A DNA stretch of 64,000 nucleotides from Phoronis australis (taxonomy: Eukaryota; Animalia; Phoronida): positions 77,812 through 141,811 of the forward strand of contig NMRA01000772.1 of the NCBI GenBank assembly GCA_002633005.1, given 5' to 3'. Below the pieces are notes generated by a model that saw only the letters and a program-made list of their open reading frames with translations, did not search any database and was not told the origin of the DNA. Shown here in pieces: positions 39,034-51,600 of the stretch. Position 1 is the stretch's first letter. Every line of letters begins with the position of its first letter. The translations under genes and the position numbers were made by a program.

Positions 39034-40830
39034 CTTTTACTTGCTAAAGACTGGTGGAAAGAATACAGTACAAGACAAAAATATGAAACGACCTGGAAAT
39101 CCCGTTGTGACAGCTAGGTGGAAGCCTGATTCATGGTCAGAGAAGTCTTCCCTCATTACCGAGAATGGAAGGGAATTAACGAGAAAGTTAGTAAGCTCGC
39201 TAAGCCGTTTTTGTAATTACAATTTACTGACCTAATGGTTAGTACTAGTCATTTTCCTGTTTAACAGAATTAGGTGTTATGATTACCTTTGCCTGGTGCT
39301 GTATATTCTCATGATTGATGTCATGTGCTGGTAGTCATGGCAACACATCAGGTTGCAATCTCTTGATCAGGGGACACTATTATGCCATCCAAAGTGTTCA
39401 CCACTGTCTGTTTCATGACTTGAGTTTTATCAGGAATGTTGTATTACAGTCCCTCTCATTATTCTGAAGTAACATTTCTGTCCTTTAATTATCAGTTATG
39501 TGTATACCATAGAGATTTTCGTCTTAAATATCTTTTGAGCATAACTTTAATGAACAAATACGTTTTTCAAATATGGTTGTGTAAAACCCAAGACCATCGC
39601 TTCTGGCCTCAAGTCATGAAACAGACCTTGACCTTGGGCACACAAGGGGACTGAGCTTTTTATGTTATTGTCGAAGTTATAGCTTCCTGATGTAAAACAA
39701 GATGCTCGGTCTTTGCTCATCATTTTCTAACTTTGACCTCTCGATTTAAGTTTCGATGTGAATTTCTTCTCTAAAATTGTGAAATGCCATTATTGGTTCA
39801 TAAAACAATAAGCGATAAAAGCTGGTATATTGTGGATGAAAGCCTGATTTCCATCTGTAGAAAGGTTTGTGGCCAAAAACTTGGAAGCTATTTTATCTGC
39901 AATTTGCAAGACAGTTTTTACTGCTTTTTATCTTCATTGCTTTGGAAGTCATGTGACCTGTGTGACCTAGTTTATGACTACAGTGTACCTTTGTGAAAAT
40001 AAATTTCGCTACTTCTGTATAAAAGCATGTTTTTTCTACGATAAGCGCAGAATGGTAAACCTTTCTTTGTGGCCGTGCACTGAGCTGCGTAAAACTCAAA
40101 AACTTATCCACTGAATAAGCTCGATTGTTGCGTGAAGTCAAATACATTGTTCAACAATAGCAGGGTGAGGAGTGATATTGTGACATCATTGGTGCTATTC
40201 TGCTTATACTTGTAATAAGTTATGCAATCGGGCCCAGTTGAGGCTTTCTCATCCAGTTTGATATCTCGGACAAGCAGAGAAAGAACGTACCTTCTGATAG
40301 CCGGAAGAACGTACCCCCAAAAATGCAGAGGACGGATTAAGAAATGGAAAGGAAGGGCTTGTGTAACTAGCTTCAATAGCTCGCCATGATACGTTTGCAG
40401 TGAATATCAACGTTTAGTGATACCACGCCAATTGTCGAACAATACATATTCACATTCACGAGCTAAGTTTACTTATACCATGAAATTTTATTTTAAAGTT
40501 TTATGTGTTGCAATCGGTTTTAGTACTGTGACTTCTAAGTGAGTAAAATGACTTTGATTATTTAACAAGAATTGATATAACAAAGTGAAAAATTAACCCC
40601 TCGTTCCCATCACAACACCACTTCTCATTCGTCCACCATCCTTTGCTTTATTTAAGTGACCATTCTCTTCATACCTGGATGTTTATTACATTTCGAATGT
40701 CGGTATGTACTGTACATGAACTTTCTTAGAGCTTGGTTTATTTATTACTTTCTTCAGAATGACACTGCGTGCCAATTTTGACTATTGGGCATTATGCAAA
40801 GGACTCCCTGGCTGTTGATGTTAATACTGG

Positions 40831-43800
40831 TCACTGTTGCTGCTCCTCGGTATCCTCGGATGCTGCGTACTCGCGGGTAGATGACAGCTTGAAGTGGGTT
40901 CTATTTTCTTTGATGCACCCGCCCCCATATCTTTCTTCATCCAGTCTTTCGATCAGAAACTTTAGTCTGATAGCACAGTACCTGGATTACGAGAGGCACT
41001 GGATTCAGTGGACGTACAGTAAATGTCAATCTAAGTAAAAAGCACACGGGCGTATTTTAGGCATTTTCAGTAACACTGACGGTTGCAGCGGTGCAACCTG
41101 TTCCGCTTTGAGATGTTAAGTGTACCGCGCCGCGCCATTAGGTCCATGGGCGTCAGTGCGGAACTTCGCTTACATGCGAAACGTAAGGGCTTGCGCCAAT
41201 ATGCGAACCACTTGGGGTAAAAAAATCCGACATAACGGCTTCCTTTCGTAATACAAAAACTATTTACCAAACATTCAGAGGCAAACGTAAAAGAATTGCC
41301 GTTGGGAGGCACAGCGGTAGTCAAAACGGGTGCAGGATAATTTCAAATTAGCCACATCTGTAAGTGAACTCCTAATTTCTGCAACCGATTGAACCACGCG
41401 GCTTGAAAGCTAATTGTGCTCAATTTAACTGCAGATGAATAAAAAGTAATTGATGAATGTATAATCAAGCTCTAGCCCTACAAGTAAAAATGAACAAATC
41501 GGAGATCACAGGTTTCCGCTCGCCGTACAAAAGCAGGGTTAGTTCAAGACGAGCTAGCTCAAATTTGACTAAGTGCAGCTACTAACCACAGCAGCCCTCA
41601 GTACAAGTTAAATCTTACCTAAGAACTTTATCAGTACTTGTCACGTCTCTGAGGATCACCTTTCTTAAGTTGTCTGTTATCGGAACACTCTGGTCAGTTT
41701 CAATCATTTCAAGGATGTAACTACTTGCGTAACGACGGACATTCACTAGTTTACTATAAGGAAAACAACAAGACTTGTTGTTTTTTCACAGTTTTGTTTG
41801 GTAACATATGAGGGAATTACGTCTGTGTTATTTAGTTTTGTCAAACGTCAAACTACGCCAGTCGTTGCCAACCTTTCAGAACCGGAGGCTCCTAGTGTGA
41901 AGCACCAGATTTCACATATTGAGAAATGAGAATTTCCGCAACAGCGGACCTACCCTCGGTTGTTTCACTCCTCACGGTGTTTCCATTACTGGGGATGTAA
42001 CATTTCAGGAGCCCATTTTATCAAGGATTATAAATCTGCTGAGTTTCTCATAAGAAACGAAGGAATCCGAGGATAGGCGGACTAATGGTCGTATAATGAA
42101 AGGATCGACCAATCACTCGGTTAGTAAGGTCATATGGACCTTGGAAGAGTCATATGACCGGATGTGACCATCCAAAGGAATCGGTCCATCGGTTTTGTTG
42201 TATCCCACTTAGACCAGTTGCACATTGACACGAGCAGAAACAGAACAAAAATCAAAAGATTATCAAAAGTGTTACGTCACCTGTTGGTTGCATTCATAAG
42301 AATTTGGAACACTTCCGTTAGAGGCCCCTCCCTGATTGCTACTTGAAGACTTAACTCCGCCTTCTTCCTCATGGTGTCTTTGATGGAACCGCATCGTTCC
42401 AGCAACATGGGTATCAGCTTCCTGTGGCGCTACTGGATAAACGACACTTTGAAAGAGAAAGCAACCGCTTTTTCATGCTTAAACCTTAGTAGGTCCGTGG
42501 TTATCGTGGAAATACATATTCCGTGTTAAGCACTGTTGCCCTGGCGTAAATTTAGTATGGCCATGTGACGACAGAAAGTGACGTAAACGGTCCGTTTCTG
42601 CATTCACTTCTGTTTAACAAACACGAATGAACTCGTACAGACTCGGGCTCATCATGTTTCCTCACTAGAAGTGGATGCAGATGCGGGTCCTTTGTGGGGC
42701 CGTTTACGTCACTTCCTCATTAACTTTTTACATGGATTATAGATACACGCCAGGGGAAGTAAAATTAACACGGAAAGTGCGTTTCCTGGATAATCATGGA
42801 TCTGAAGTTTTACTAAAGGTAACACAAAAGCGGTCGCTTTCCACTTTAATTACCCAGAAAAAGTCTACCACGGATGTAACTGGACTGTCTCAGAAATACT
42901 TTAATAATCTCGGCAAGATCAGGTCAGAGAGCAAGCGACAACATCTCAGCTTTACATTTTCAGTCGTCATTTCTTGCTTGATTTTTCTCGTGATTGATAT
43001 CTTGATATTAATGAATTTAAAAATCAGTTAACAAACGAAAACTCACACAAAATTCCCCAATGTACACAATAACATCACAAAATTCTATTCATCGCAACAA
43101 CATTAGGGAAATACAACTTGCGGGTTTCCAATCTTTGCAGAAAAGTGGGACAACACGGTCACCTTGTTGCGTAACGACAAGGAAAACCAGTGCGAGATCT
43201 TACAAACCTCAAATGTGTTGGGTTGAGGTTAGCGCCATCTGACGCCAAAGGAAGTGGGACAAAAATAAGCCATGGTTTATATCTCGCAAAAAGTCTATTT
43301 ACGTACACAATAGACATCAAATCATCTGACCTACTCAAAAGTAAACCCCTTGATTACTAGAAGTCAAGAAAGTTTACTTCAACAAAACTGAAGATTTAGG
43401 AGATGAGTGAGCCTGCGTATGACGCATAAATATGCATTGACTTGTTTAACTCGTAACGTAGGCTTGATTTATATTCACACCTTTAAACAAGTATGTGGAA
43501 CCGACTCAACACAAGTTTTATTACATTCCTAGGCTTCCGACCCTTCACACAAATATTGGATACACCTGTGCAACAAAACGGGGGCCATTTTGGCTATGTG
43601 GTCACGACCCCAGGATATTCCCACAGACAAGGTTCTTGTATACGAGACGTGCCTCTCGGAAGGTTAATTTTTCCAGTTTCTCTGCGAAATGGTTGTCTTC
43701 GTAGGTTTTGCCTAATTAAATAGGTTTTATTTGCCTCTCTATTTGTAGTCCTATGTGGTCATTGTACCATTGCCGCGTTGTTCGAAAATCGACCGTTTTC

Positions 43801-44536
43801 ATCAAAATATTGCCAACTGAAGACAATATCAGAAAATCATTCACAGGTTCTGGAGGTAATCCTGTACAGGTTACACAGGTGGTTTACTTTTAATTGGTTG
43901 TCACCAATTTCGTGTTCGATGGTATTCGAAAGACGTACTGTTTTAGACTGTTCAATTGATATCTATAATTTTTAAGGTGTTGTAAGTCCGTAGTTCCTAC
44001 ACTGCTCATCTCACTAGCAGTGTCGGATTTAAGAGGGAGTGGGCAAGGGGACCATGTCCGCCCCCTAAAATTTTCCCAGATTCCATTTGACAGTTCGGGG
44101 GTTGCGAATGTCTGATGGGCAAAATCCTGGCTAATACTTTGCCCTGTCACATTCCCCAACTCAAAATCCTGTATTCGTCCCTGACTAGGACACAACTTTT
44201 GAAAACTGGCGTACCGTGACCATCCTCATCTGTGAAAGAAATACCAACATGTCTAATGCCATTTCACTCAGTTGCCTGACGGGGTGATTTGCTCGCTCGT
44301 ACACCAAGTCGAATACTTCCTCCGCTTCGGTTACGAAGTCTCGCGGTTTTTCAACATCAATGATGCAACGCTTTAGTTCCATGAGATAGATAAGGTCCTG
44401 GTGCCTTTGGGAAACACCATATACACAGATTGTAGATGAAAACTAAGGAAACGGAAGTCAATGGAGTGCAGATACCCTGAAGATACCTTATAGAGAAGAA
44501 AACGAGACGAGTAGTATATACATACGCAACATACAT

Positions 44537-44590
<54 letters not shown>

Positions 44591-46118
44591 ACGTGTGTGT
44601 ATGTTCATGAATGAATGAGGTGCGTGTGTATATATACAAGGTGATACTCAGAAGTTCCGATAATTTGAGCAAAGCTCATCAACTAAAATTTGATAGTTTT
44701 CCACTGCCCCCTCCGAAATAGTCACCCATGTCACTCCTGTATCGACTCCAAACGGTACCCATTCTGCATGGATTTTAGTTTGGGGATATAAAAAGTTACA
44801 GGAGCTAGATCTAGTGAATAAGCATAGTATGGATTGACCACAGTGTTCCCAATATCCAAGAAGCCCTGTATTACGTGCGACGTGTTAGCTGGCGTGAAGT
44901 GAACATGACGAAGGGTCCTGTCATTGTTTTTCCACTCTTCTGGTCGTTTGTGGCGTATGCTCTCCCTACATTCTTTCAAAACTTCGCAACAAAACTGCCC
45001 ATTAACAGTTCCTGAGGAACGAATTCCTTCTTGCACGTCTTAAAAAATAATCAACTTGAACCCGGTTTCTTCGGCTTCGGGGACCAACGTGACGGCCGTT
45101 GTGGCGACTGTTGCTTAGCCTTGGGGTTATAGCCCTCCCGCTATATCGACGATTCATCACCAGTAATAACTTTTAAAGAAAGTCCGTGCTAACTCTGACT
45201 CGTTTTTGAGATTCGGGAAACTGTCAGACTGAGAATTTCTCATTTTGCTCACAACACCCAAATTACGGATTTTTTGTGACACACCTTACATGTCTTAATG
45301 AGTTTTTAAACAACACAAGACGAATATCACAAAAAAATTATTAAATTTCCATTGCTTTCACTTTTCCTATCAACCACTGAGTCCCTTGAAGGTGGAGTTA
45401 CCACCGCTGGAATGAATTAAGGCTGACAGTGGAATGAAAACTTGGGGGCACGGTCGAGGTTGTTGAAAGACTTGTAGAAAAATTTTAGACATGAAATGTG
45501 AAAAATGTCGTTCAAGGAAAAGTGGTTCAGTTATTTCATCAATGGCTTTCCGTGAGGTAGGAAGTACAGAGAGATGATATTGCGAACAGCCTGTTTCTGT
45601 GTTAATTGTTGGCGGTAGCAGTTGTGAACAGCCAAAACGTTATGGCATAGGAGAAATGAGGCAAAACGAGTGACGTATTGATCAAGAGAAGAACGTGATG
45701 AGGAAATGTTCCTTTCAGTTTGTGCACTACATCATATGTTTAGCAGTTGCAATTGCTATCTCTTGAATATGCTTGTTCAAAGATAAATGTTTGTCTAAAG
45801 ATAGAAGTTACACAGAACAGCTAACCCGTACGTCAATGAATGATTGAGCGCACTCGATCTGATTCAAGAAAGGTGCCGTCGAGGTGAAGACCATATTATT
45901 TAGCCTATTCTGAGTTGGATTCTCGACATACCCCCAGACAGCGCATATTTACAGTTCATCTTAGTCGATCGAATAACTGTATGTCTTATAAAGTGCACCT
46001 AGTTGTTGCGTTTGTGAAAGCCATCATAAGACACCAACCACTCTGAAGACGATGCCATCAAGTCCAAGTACTTCCGGAAGTCTTTCTTTAGCCGAGCCAC
46101 TTTCTCTTTGGAGCTTCC
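40831..46118 (-). CDS. Divergent TOG/CLASP_N-type HEAT-repeat protein; 5 exons resolved (234 aa), N-terminus unresolved
   Basis: Exons 46039-46118 (...RKYLDLMASSSEW), 44215-44404 (HQDLIYLMELKRCII...HPVRQLSEMALDMLVFLS), 42281-42429 (KLIPMLLERCGSIKDTMRKKAELSL), 41619-41753 (SKLVNVRRYASSYILEMIE...STDKVLR) and 40831-40981 (stop TGA). They join in frame without stops. Helix-pair spacing matches TOG HEAT repeats. Some splice sites are weak. Confidence 0.7.
44018..44183. mobile_element. Short MITE (family also at 56495-56652)
   Basis: CAGT..CGGATTTA...CCCAGATTCCATTTG.CAGTTC...GGGCAAAATCCTGGCTAATACT...CCCTG is shared with 56495-56652. Related partial copies lie near 6446 and 25715. Confidence 0.75.
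44539..44600. repeat. (GT)n microsatellite
   Basis: About 24 GT units plus an imperfect tail. Confidence 0.95.
44635..45200 (-). mobile_element. Decayed mariner (Tc1/mariner) transposase relic
   Basis: Minus strand KVITGDES...GYNPKAKQQSPQ (about 45100-45175) and TVNGQFCCEVL...RESIRHKRPEEWKNN...YSLDLAP..FYIPKLK. These match the mariner TGDE, HDNA-region and YSPDLAP motifs. Stops and deletions are present. Confidence 0.85.
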
Positions 46119-48672
46119 CTGCAAAAGGCAGTCCTTTTGGGGGATAGCACTTGGCGTCAGACTTAAACAGAACATTGCTACAATTGTATATTCATGCCAC
46201 CGTTATGATAATAACTGCGATCACCACACCACCACCACCATCATCACTACTATAACGATTGTCACCGTTATCGCCCAGGCCCCTGTATAAGTCACCATTT
46301 TGCTATAATCTGAGTACGTATATACATTGTTAGAACTTCTCAAACGGAGCTGGTAATTATTTCGAAGTTTATTTTGTCCGTATGATGACGTCTGTACTGA
46401 GAACTGCACTTTCACTTTTTCGACGATTTTTAATTATCTCGTTTTCAAAACTTTCACCAGCTGACATTTAACAGGGCCACACCAAATTAGGATCGTATGA
46501 AACAAAGAGCGATACACTTGTATTTACCTTTTCTTTATCTCTGTTCTGGATGGGAAATCATGATGAAGAATTGACTGGACTCTCGAAGATCTGCGTAAAT
46601 AGTTGCACAAAATGAATGAAATATCGGCCTTTTGTGTTGATAAGTTTTTGTCAATACATAGGGAAAATAGGAGCGTGAACACAACCGGAAGCTCCACGCA
46701 GCGGCTTCTCGCGTGAACCTGTAATCGCAAACTTTTTAGAATCATTCGTTATTGTAAGGAGACTTAATAACGGTAATCGTTTTCCATGTCCTTCTTCTAT
46801 TTAAAGGAGTACATCTTCAACATTTTATTAATAGGATTTAAACAAAAGGGTTTGTGTCAAACAGTTTAATACCTTTGTCACTGCGTCACCTCTACAAAAT
46901 GTGGCCATGTTAAATGGTGATGAACGACTGACACGTACTCAGTGCTGTAGTGGGGCGAAGGCAAACGTAGGCGCAGCCAAAAACCTTTTGGCATTTGAAC
47001 GTAGCGCCCACACACTGTAAGTTACGCTCAGTGCTCAAGGCGATACGGTAGGCTTTAGGCGCCTACTTACCTCTAATTTTACCACCACAGCACTGCACGG
47101 AATTTTGTGTATGGGGCCACCCGTGTGCATGTTTTGGTTTGGACGTTTGTACTAAGCATTATGAGGACGGTCCGTAAAAGAATAGTGAATCTTTTTCATT
47201 GTTGTTTTGTTTGACGTCCTGTAATCTTGGGTGTGCGGAGCTTTTTTAGTTCCCAGCTTACCAGAAATTATTCTTTCACATATTCTGTTTTATTTCATTC
47301 CTGTTCTTTGCATATGTATTCTGTCATATAATCTTATTTCGTGAACTTTCGTCTCCTTTTCATCTCCGTTAACGAGCTTGTGACGCACGCATTTTCATCG
47401 TGGCTATAAACGTCGATCATAAATTACATTATAGATTCACAGCGCTACCCTCTAAACATCTTAGCCTGGACACATGTTCGTTCTGGCATTTGATTTGCCA
47501 GTGGAGCAGTGCAATGATGCGTTAATACAGACCATTACTATTACTAGTGTGTGTACTGTCCACGGTAAGCAATTTTGAGTGATAAGACCGATGGCGATTT
47601 AGTATTCTTAGCATCAATTTAAAGTTGAACATGTTACTGGAAAATCAAAATCAAATCTACTTTATGATTTGTATATGCAGGACGTAACAAATAAGGAACA
47701 TTCCCTTGACTAACGGCACTCAGTTGACTAATAAATCCAAACGTTTATACTGTACGTAAACAGCGCCACACGGCTATGTCTCAAAATAAACACATTGATT
47801 CAATCTGGTAATCTATAAAAACTTATTCTCGAGGATCATTTTCGTATCTTCAACTAAAGTTATGAATTCAACATTTCCGTCGATTTTTTGATCACGTGAT
47901 TGCAATGCAAATCAAAGTAGAAAATTTAGTAACCTACTTCTAGCTTGGATGCTTCGCTAGCCAGCAAGCTGTATGTAGACCAGCGCCAAAATATTTACAG
48001 ATTTCAGTAACTTAGGCCTACGTTAGCCTAGCTTAGGCGGGCTACACTGGTGTTATAATGACAATTAACAAGGAATGGACGACTGAAAGTTTGTGGTAAA
48101 CGACTTGACACGAGACAAAGTAAACAAGTTTAAAGAACAAAATTTCAGAACAATACAAACTAGTAGTTCTTATAGACCAAAATGCGACTAGGTAGAATCT
48201 TATTTCGTCGGCCCAGAAGACTTATTGTCTACAGAAGACCATGAGAAAAACATTTCTTACTTTCGTTTCGAGCCTGCCGTGTCTAGAAAGCTAGTGATAG
48301 AGGACACGGTGCTACCATGTGCATCAGCCAAGCTCAACCGTTCCATATCAGCCCATAAAAGCAATCTGTTGAGCAATGTTGTTCAACGAGCAGCACAGGC
48401 TTTCGAGATCTACACAGCGTTTAGCGTGTATCTCGTGCTTTGCAGGCGTACGCAGAGCGTGCCGAAGTTAGTAAATGAAATGAAGAATTATTCACACTGT
48501 TTGCAAATTCGTTTGCGGTGTAGGCTGACAATACTAAACTACTTTACCATTAACATATATACATTTACTTCTGAATTCAGTTCGTTCCCGCTTTGCTAAC
48601 GGATATTGAATTAAAAAAATAAGCTGTGTTCAGCTGCGTTTCACGCTGAAAAGTAGCGCGCGAATCATATGA

Positions 48673-51600
48673 CTATGATTCTGCTTTCTTCCATTCTTCT
48701 ACGAGCCTTGCAAATTCTTGAAGTGTTTCGTCTTTCTGTAAAAAATTACAGTAGGCACATAGTGATATAAATAAAAGACAGACATAAGCTAACTGGTGGC
48801 ATTTTCGGCGAGAAATGTGATTTCAACTTTAAGATCAACCCCAGCGCGGAATCAACACTGAACCCCTGCAGTCTCAGCCTATACATGTAGAAGTCTGTTG
48901 TCGGAGCAAGTCACTCGAGAAATGGCAGGCAGAGTATTTTAAACGAATTTAACTACAATCACCATGATTTCAGCGAATGACTTGCGAAGGAAGAAGATCT
49001 GCACAATACACGAGGTTCTTCAATTTGTTTTGTGACTTCCATCAATTTTTACTTTGAATAAGATTTGGGAGTAAATGATAAAATATTTTCAGCGAGGATT
49101 TGTAAGTCACGAAATAACGCTTGTCAGGGAATCACGGACAAACAAAGCCATCCCATAATGCGCTTCTCTGTCGGATATTGAAACAAATTATTCCAAAAGT
49201 AAGTTTACTCGTATAACAAGCCTCTCCAAAATCGTATCTAACCTTCTTGTACTCACTTTGAAGAAACAAAACCGTGCATAGGTGGCGCCCATGGTTGATT
49301 TATGCTCCGGTCCATAAAATACTTCACCCGGCATCACAGCTATAGACTTGGTTTCGGCTAACCAGGAAGCAAACCGATTTTCTTGTTTCCCTTCGGATTT
49401 GTCTCGACAAAATCCTAAACAGCAGACTCAGAACGTAATAAACGGCTTTGGTGTTATTTGAGAAAATTAATGTTTAGGTCCCAGGAAGACCGCGTTCTGA
49501 TGCAGGGTATACAGCAAGAAAGGATGGACAAATTTCAAGCGAAATTTTTGGCTACACGTAGGTGCCACTTTTTGTTAATAGGTTGACACACGTCGTCTAA
49601 TAAATCATTCGAGCTCAGCTTTATTGAGGCCATATTGTTCATGAAGACGACAGGAGATGACACTGTCTATGTTCATCTATTTGCTTGTTCAGTTTTGACG
49701 TTATGGCCGTCGAAATCAAAGGGGTTAGGCCATATTTACTGTTTACGTAGCGACGTAAATTTATTAAGCGCTTCGGAAACTATTACCTGGCTATGGATGC
49801 GGTCAAGCGTAATCCTTCTCAACTGGCCAGTGGAGCATGTAAGGAGTGTAACAGTTGTTGCACCACACACCAGTTAATGCAAATACATAATTTTGTAAAA
49901 TTTCGAGTGGAAAATTCGCTCCACATAAGTATTTGAGCAAAAGAGCAAAGTATGGGAGAATAAATATATAATGATAGTGACTGAGATAATTCCTTATAAA
50001 TTAGTTCAGATTGTGACACTCTCACCATTACTTGGCTACATTTTTATTCACTAATTGTGAAGTTGGAGTGTAAGACCAAATTTCTGTCTTTTAAGACTTT
50101 TAAAAAAGTCTAAGAAAGTCACTTTCATGAACGGACCTTAGGGAGATAAGTTTAGTATTAAACTTAGTAGTTGACAGAACCCTGTCATACGGTGTATAAT
50201 AAACTAAAGAACACTTTGAAGATTGTAAATGAACCCCCGTTTGCATAGATCCCATATGCCTCAACTCACCAAGAGCCCCAGTGATGTCACACATGACGAA
50301 GTAACCTCCATCTGGCATGATTGGTCGAATTCCAACTTTCTCGAGAATTGACGCCAGCACTTGACGTTTTGGCGCCATTTCTCGTGCCAAAGATACGAAG
50401 TAAGAATCAGGACTTCCAAATCTTGAAACCTCTTTTTCAATAGAGTGGGCTATTGCTACCTAGAACAACAGTGACTTACAAATTACCAGGGAGTCAGTCT
50501 ATTGTCTTTTTCATGAAAAATGACTGAAAATCCGAGTCTGAAATTTGATCTGTAGTACAATCCATTCATAACTAATTGCCAAAAACGATTATAACTCATT
50601 TCGGCAAACGTACGAAGTATATGAGGATATATAAAATAGGTGCTAGCTACTGGGAGCGTTTGTATGAATTGATTCTAGGCAGGGATATGCTAATATTTAC
50701 ATGGATAATTGTTTATTCGGTAATTTTGAAACAGGGGGGATAACACCAAATTTCTGACTTACGTATGTCACTTTTCATAATACAAACACATGACTAAATT
50801 CAAGGTGGAGAAACAATAATGTGGTCTCATTGACTGACGAATACACTTTGGCCGTAGAACAGTGGCAGTAGCAGAAACTGTAGTTGTAGTGGTAGGGGTA
50901 GTGGTGGTGGTGGTGGCGGTAGTGGTGAGGTGGTGATAGTGGTAGTTGCTGTTGTGGTAGTTTAAATAATTTGTTTTAGTAGATGCTGCATTAGTAGCTT
51001 TAGTAATTGTTGTAGTAGCAGTCACAGTAATGATTTTAAAACAAAGCGAGATTGTGTACAGTTGCAGCCTGTCACCCCCAAGCCTTCTGAAAACCTCAGC
51101 ACCTTAGCACTGCCTATAAGAACTTGTCTACCGTATGTGGAGATCCCTAAAAAGGCGTGGAAATGAGATCAGCATTTAGTAAGACCATCACTTTCGGGTC
51201 CCCTTTAAAGTTGCTGTTATTCCAGTCAATAGTTCACCACATTTTAAAAATCGAAGGCCCAACTTTGCAAAATTTTCTTGCTGAAAAACGTGAAGGCATT
51301 TTATCGGTTTAAACTTTTATAGATTAGGCCGGAGTAGTTTACTGCTGCACTGATCGACATGTATCTTGACGCCAAGTCGTATTTGATTTAACGACCATGC
51401 GAAAATAAATCCCATGTAGAAATCTGTAGTCGCTAAAAACTGACGTCGAAATGGTCGACTAAAAAAAGGTCGTACCGTATTCCGTTCTCAGAAAAATGTG
51501 TATCAATCAATCTCTAACTCCATTCCTCGCGCCAACGAAGACAGAATGCAAACGATCGCTTACAATGGAGGCGCGTGCTTGCCCGACTTTTTCTGAATAA

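Noticed and set aside
43580-43965. Short coding-looking minus-strand stretches inside the TOG-gene intron
   Set aside because: They could not be joined in frame to flanking exons without stops, and no domain was recognisable.
44357-44672. His/Thr-repeat ORFs
   Set aside because: Translation of the (GT)n microsatellite.
46528-46590. In-frame TGA in a candidate exon, considered as possible selenocysteine
   Set aside because: No SECIS or Cys-homolog evidence. The neighbouring candidate exon also has TAA and TAG stops, which suggests decay or non-coding sequence.
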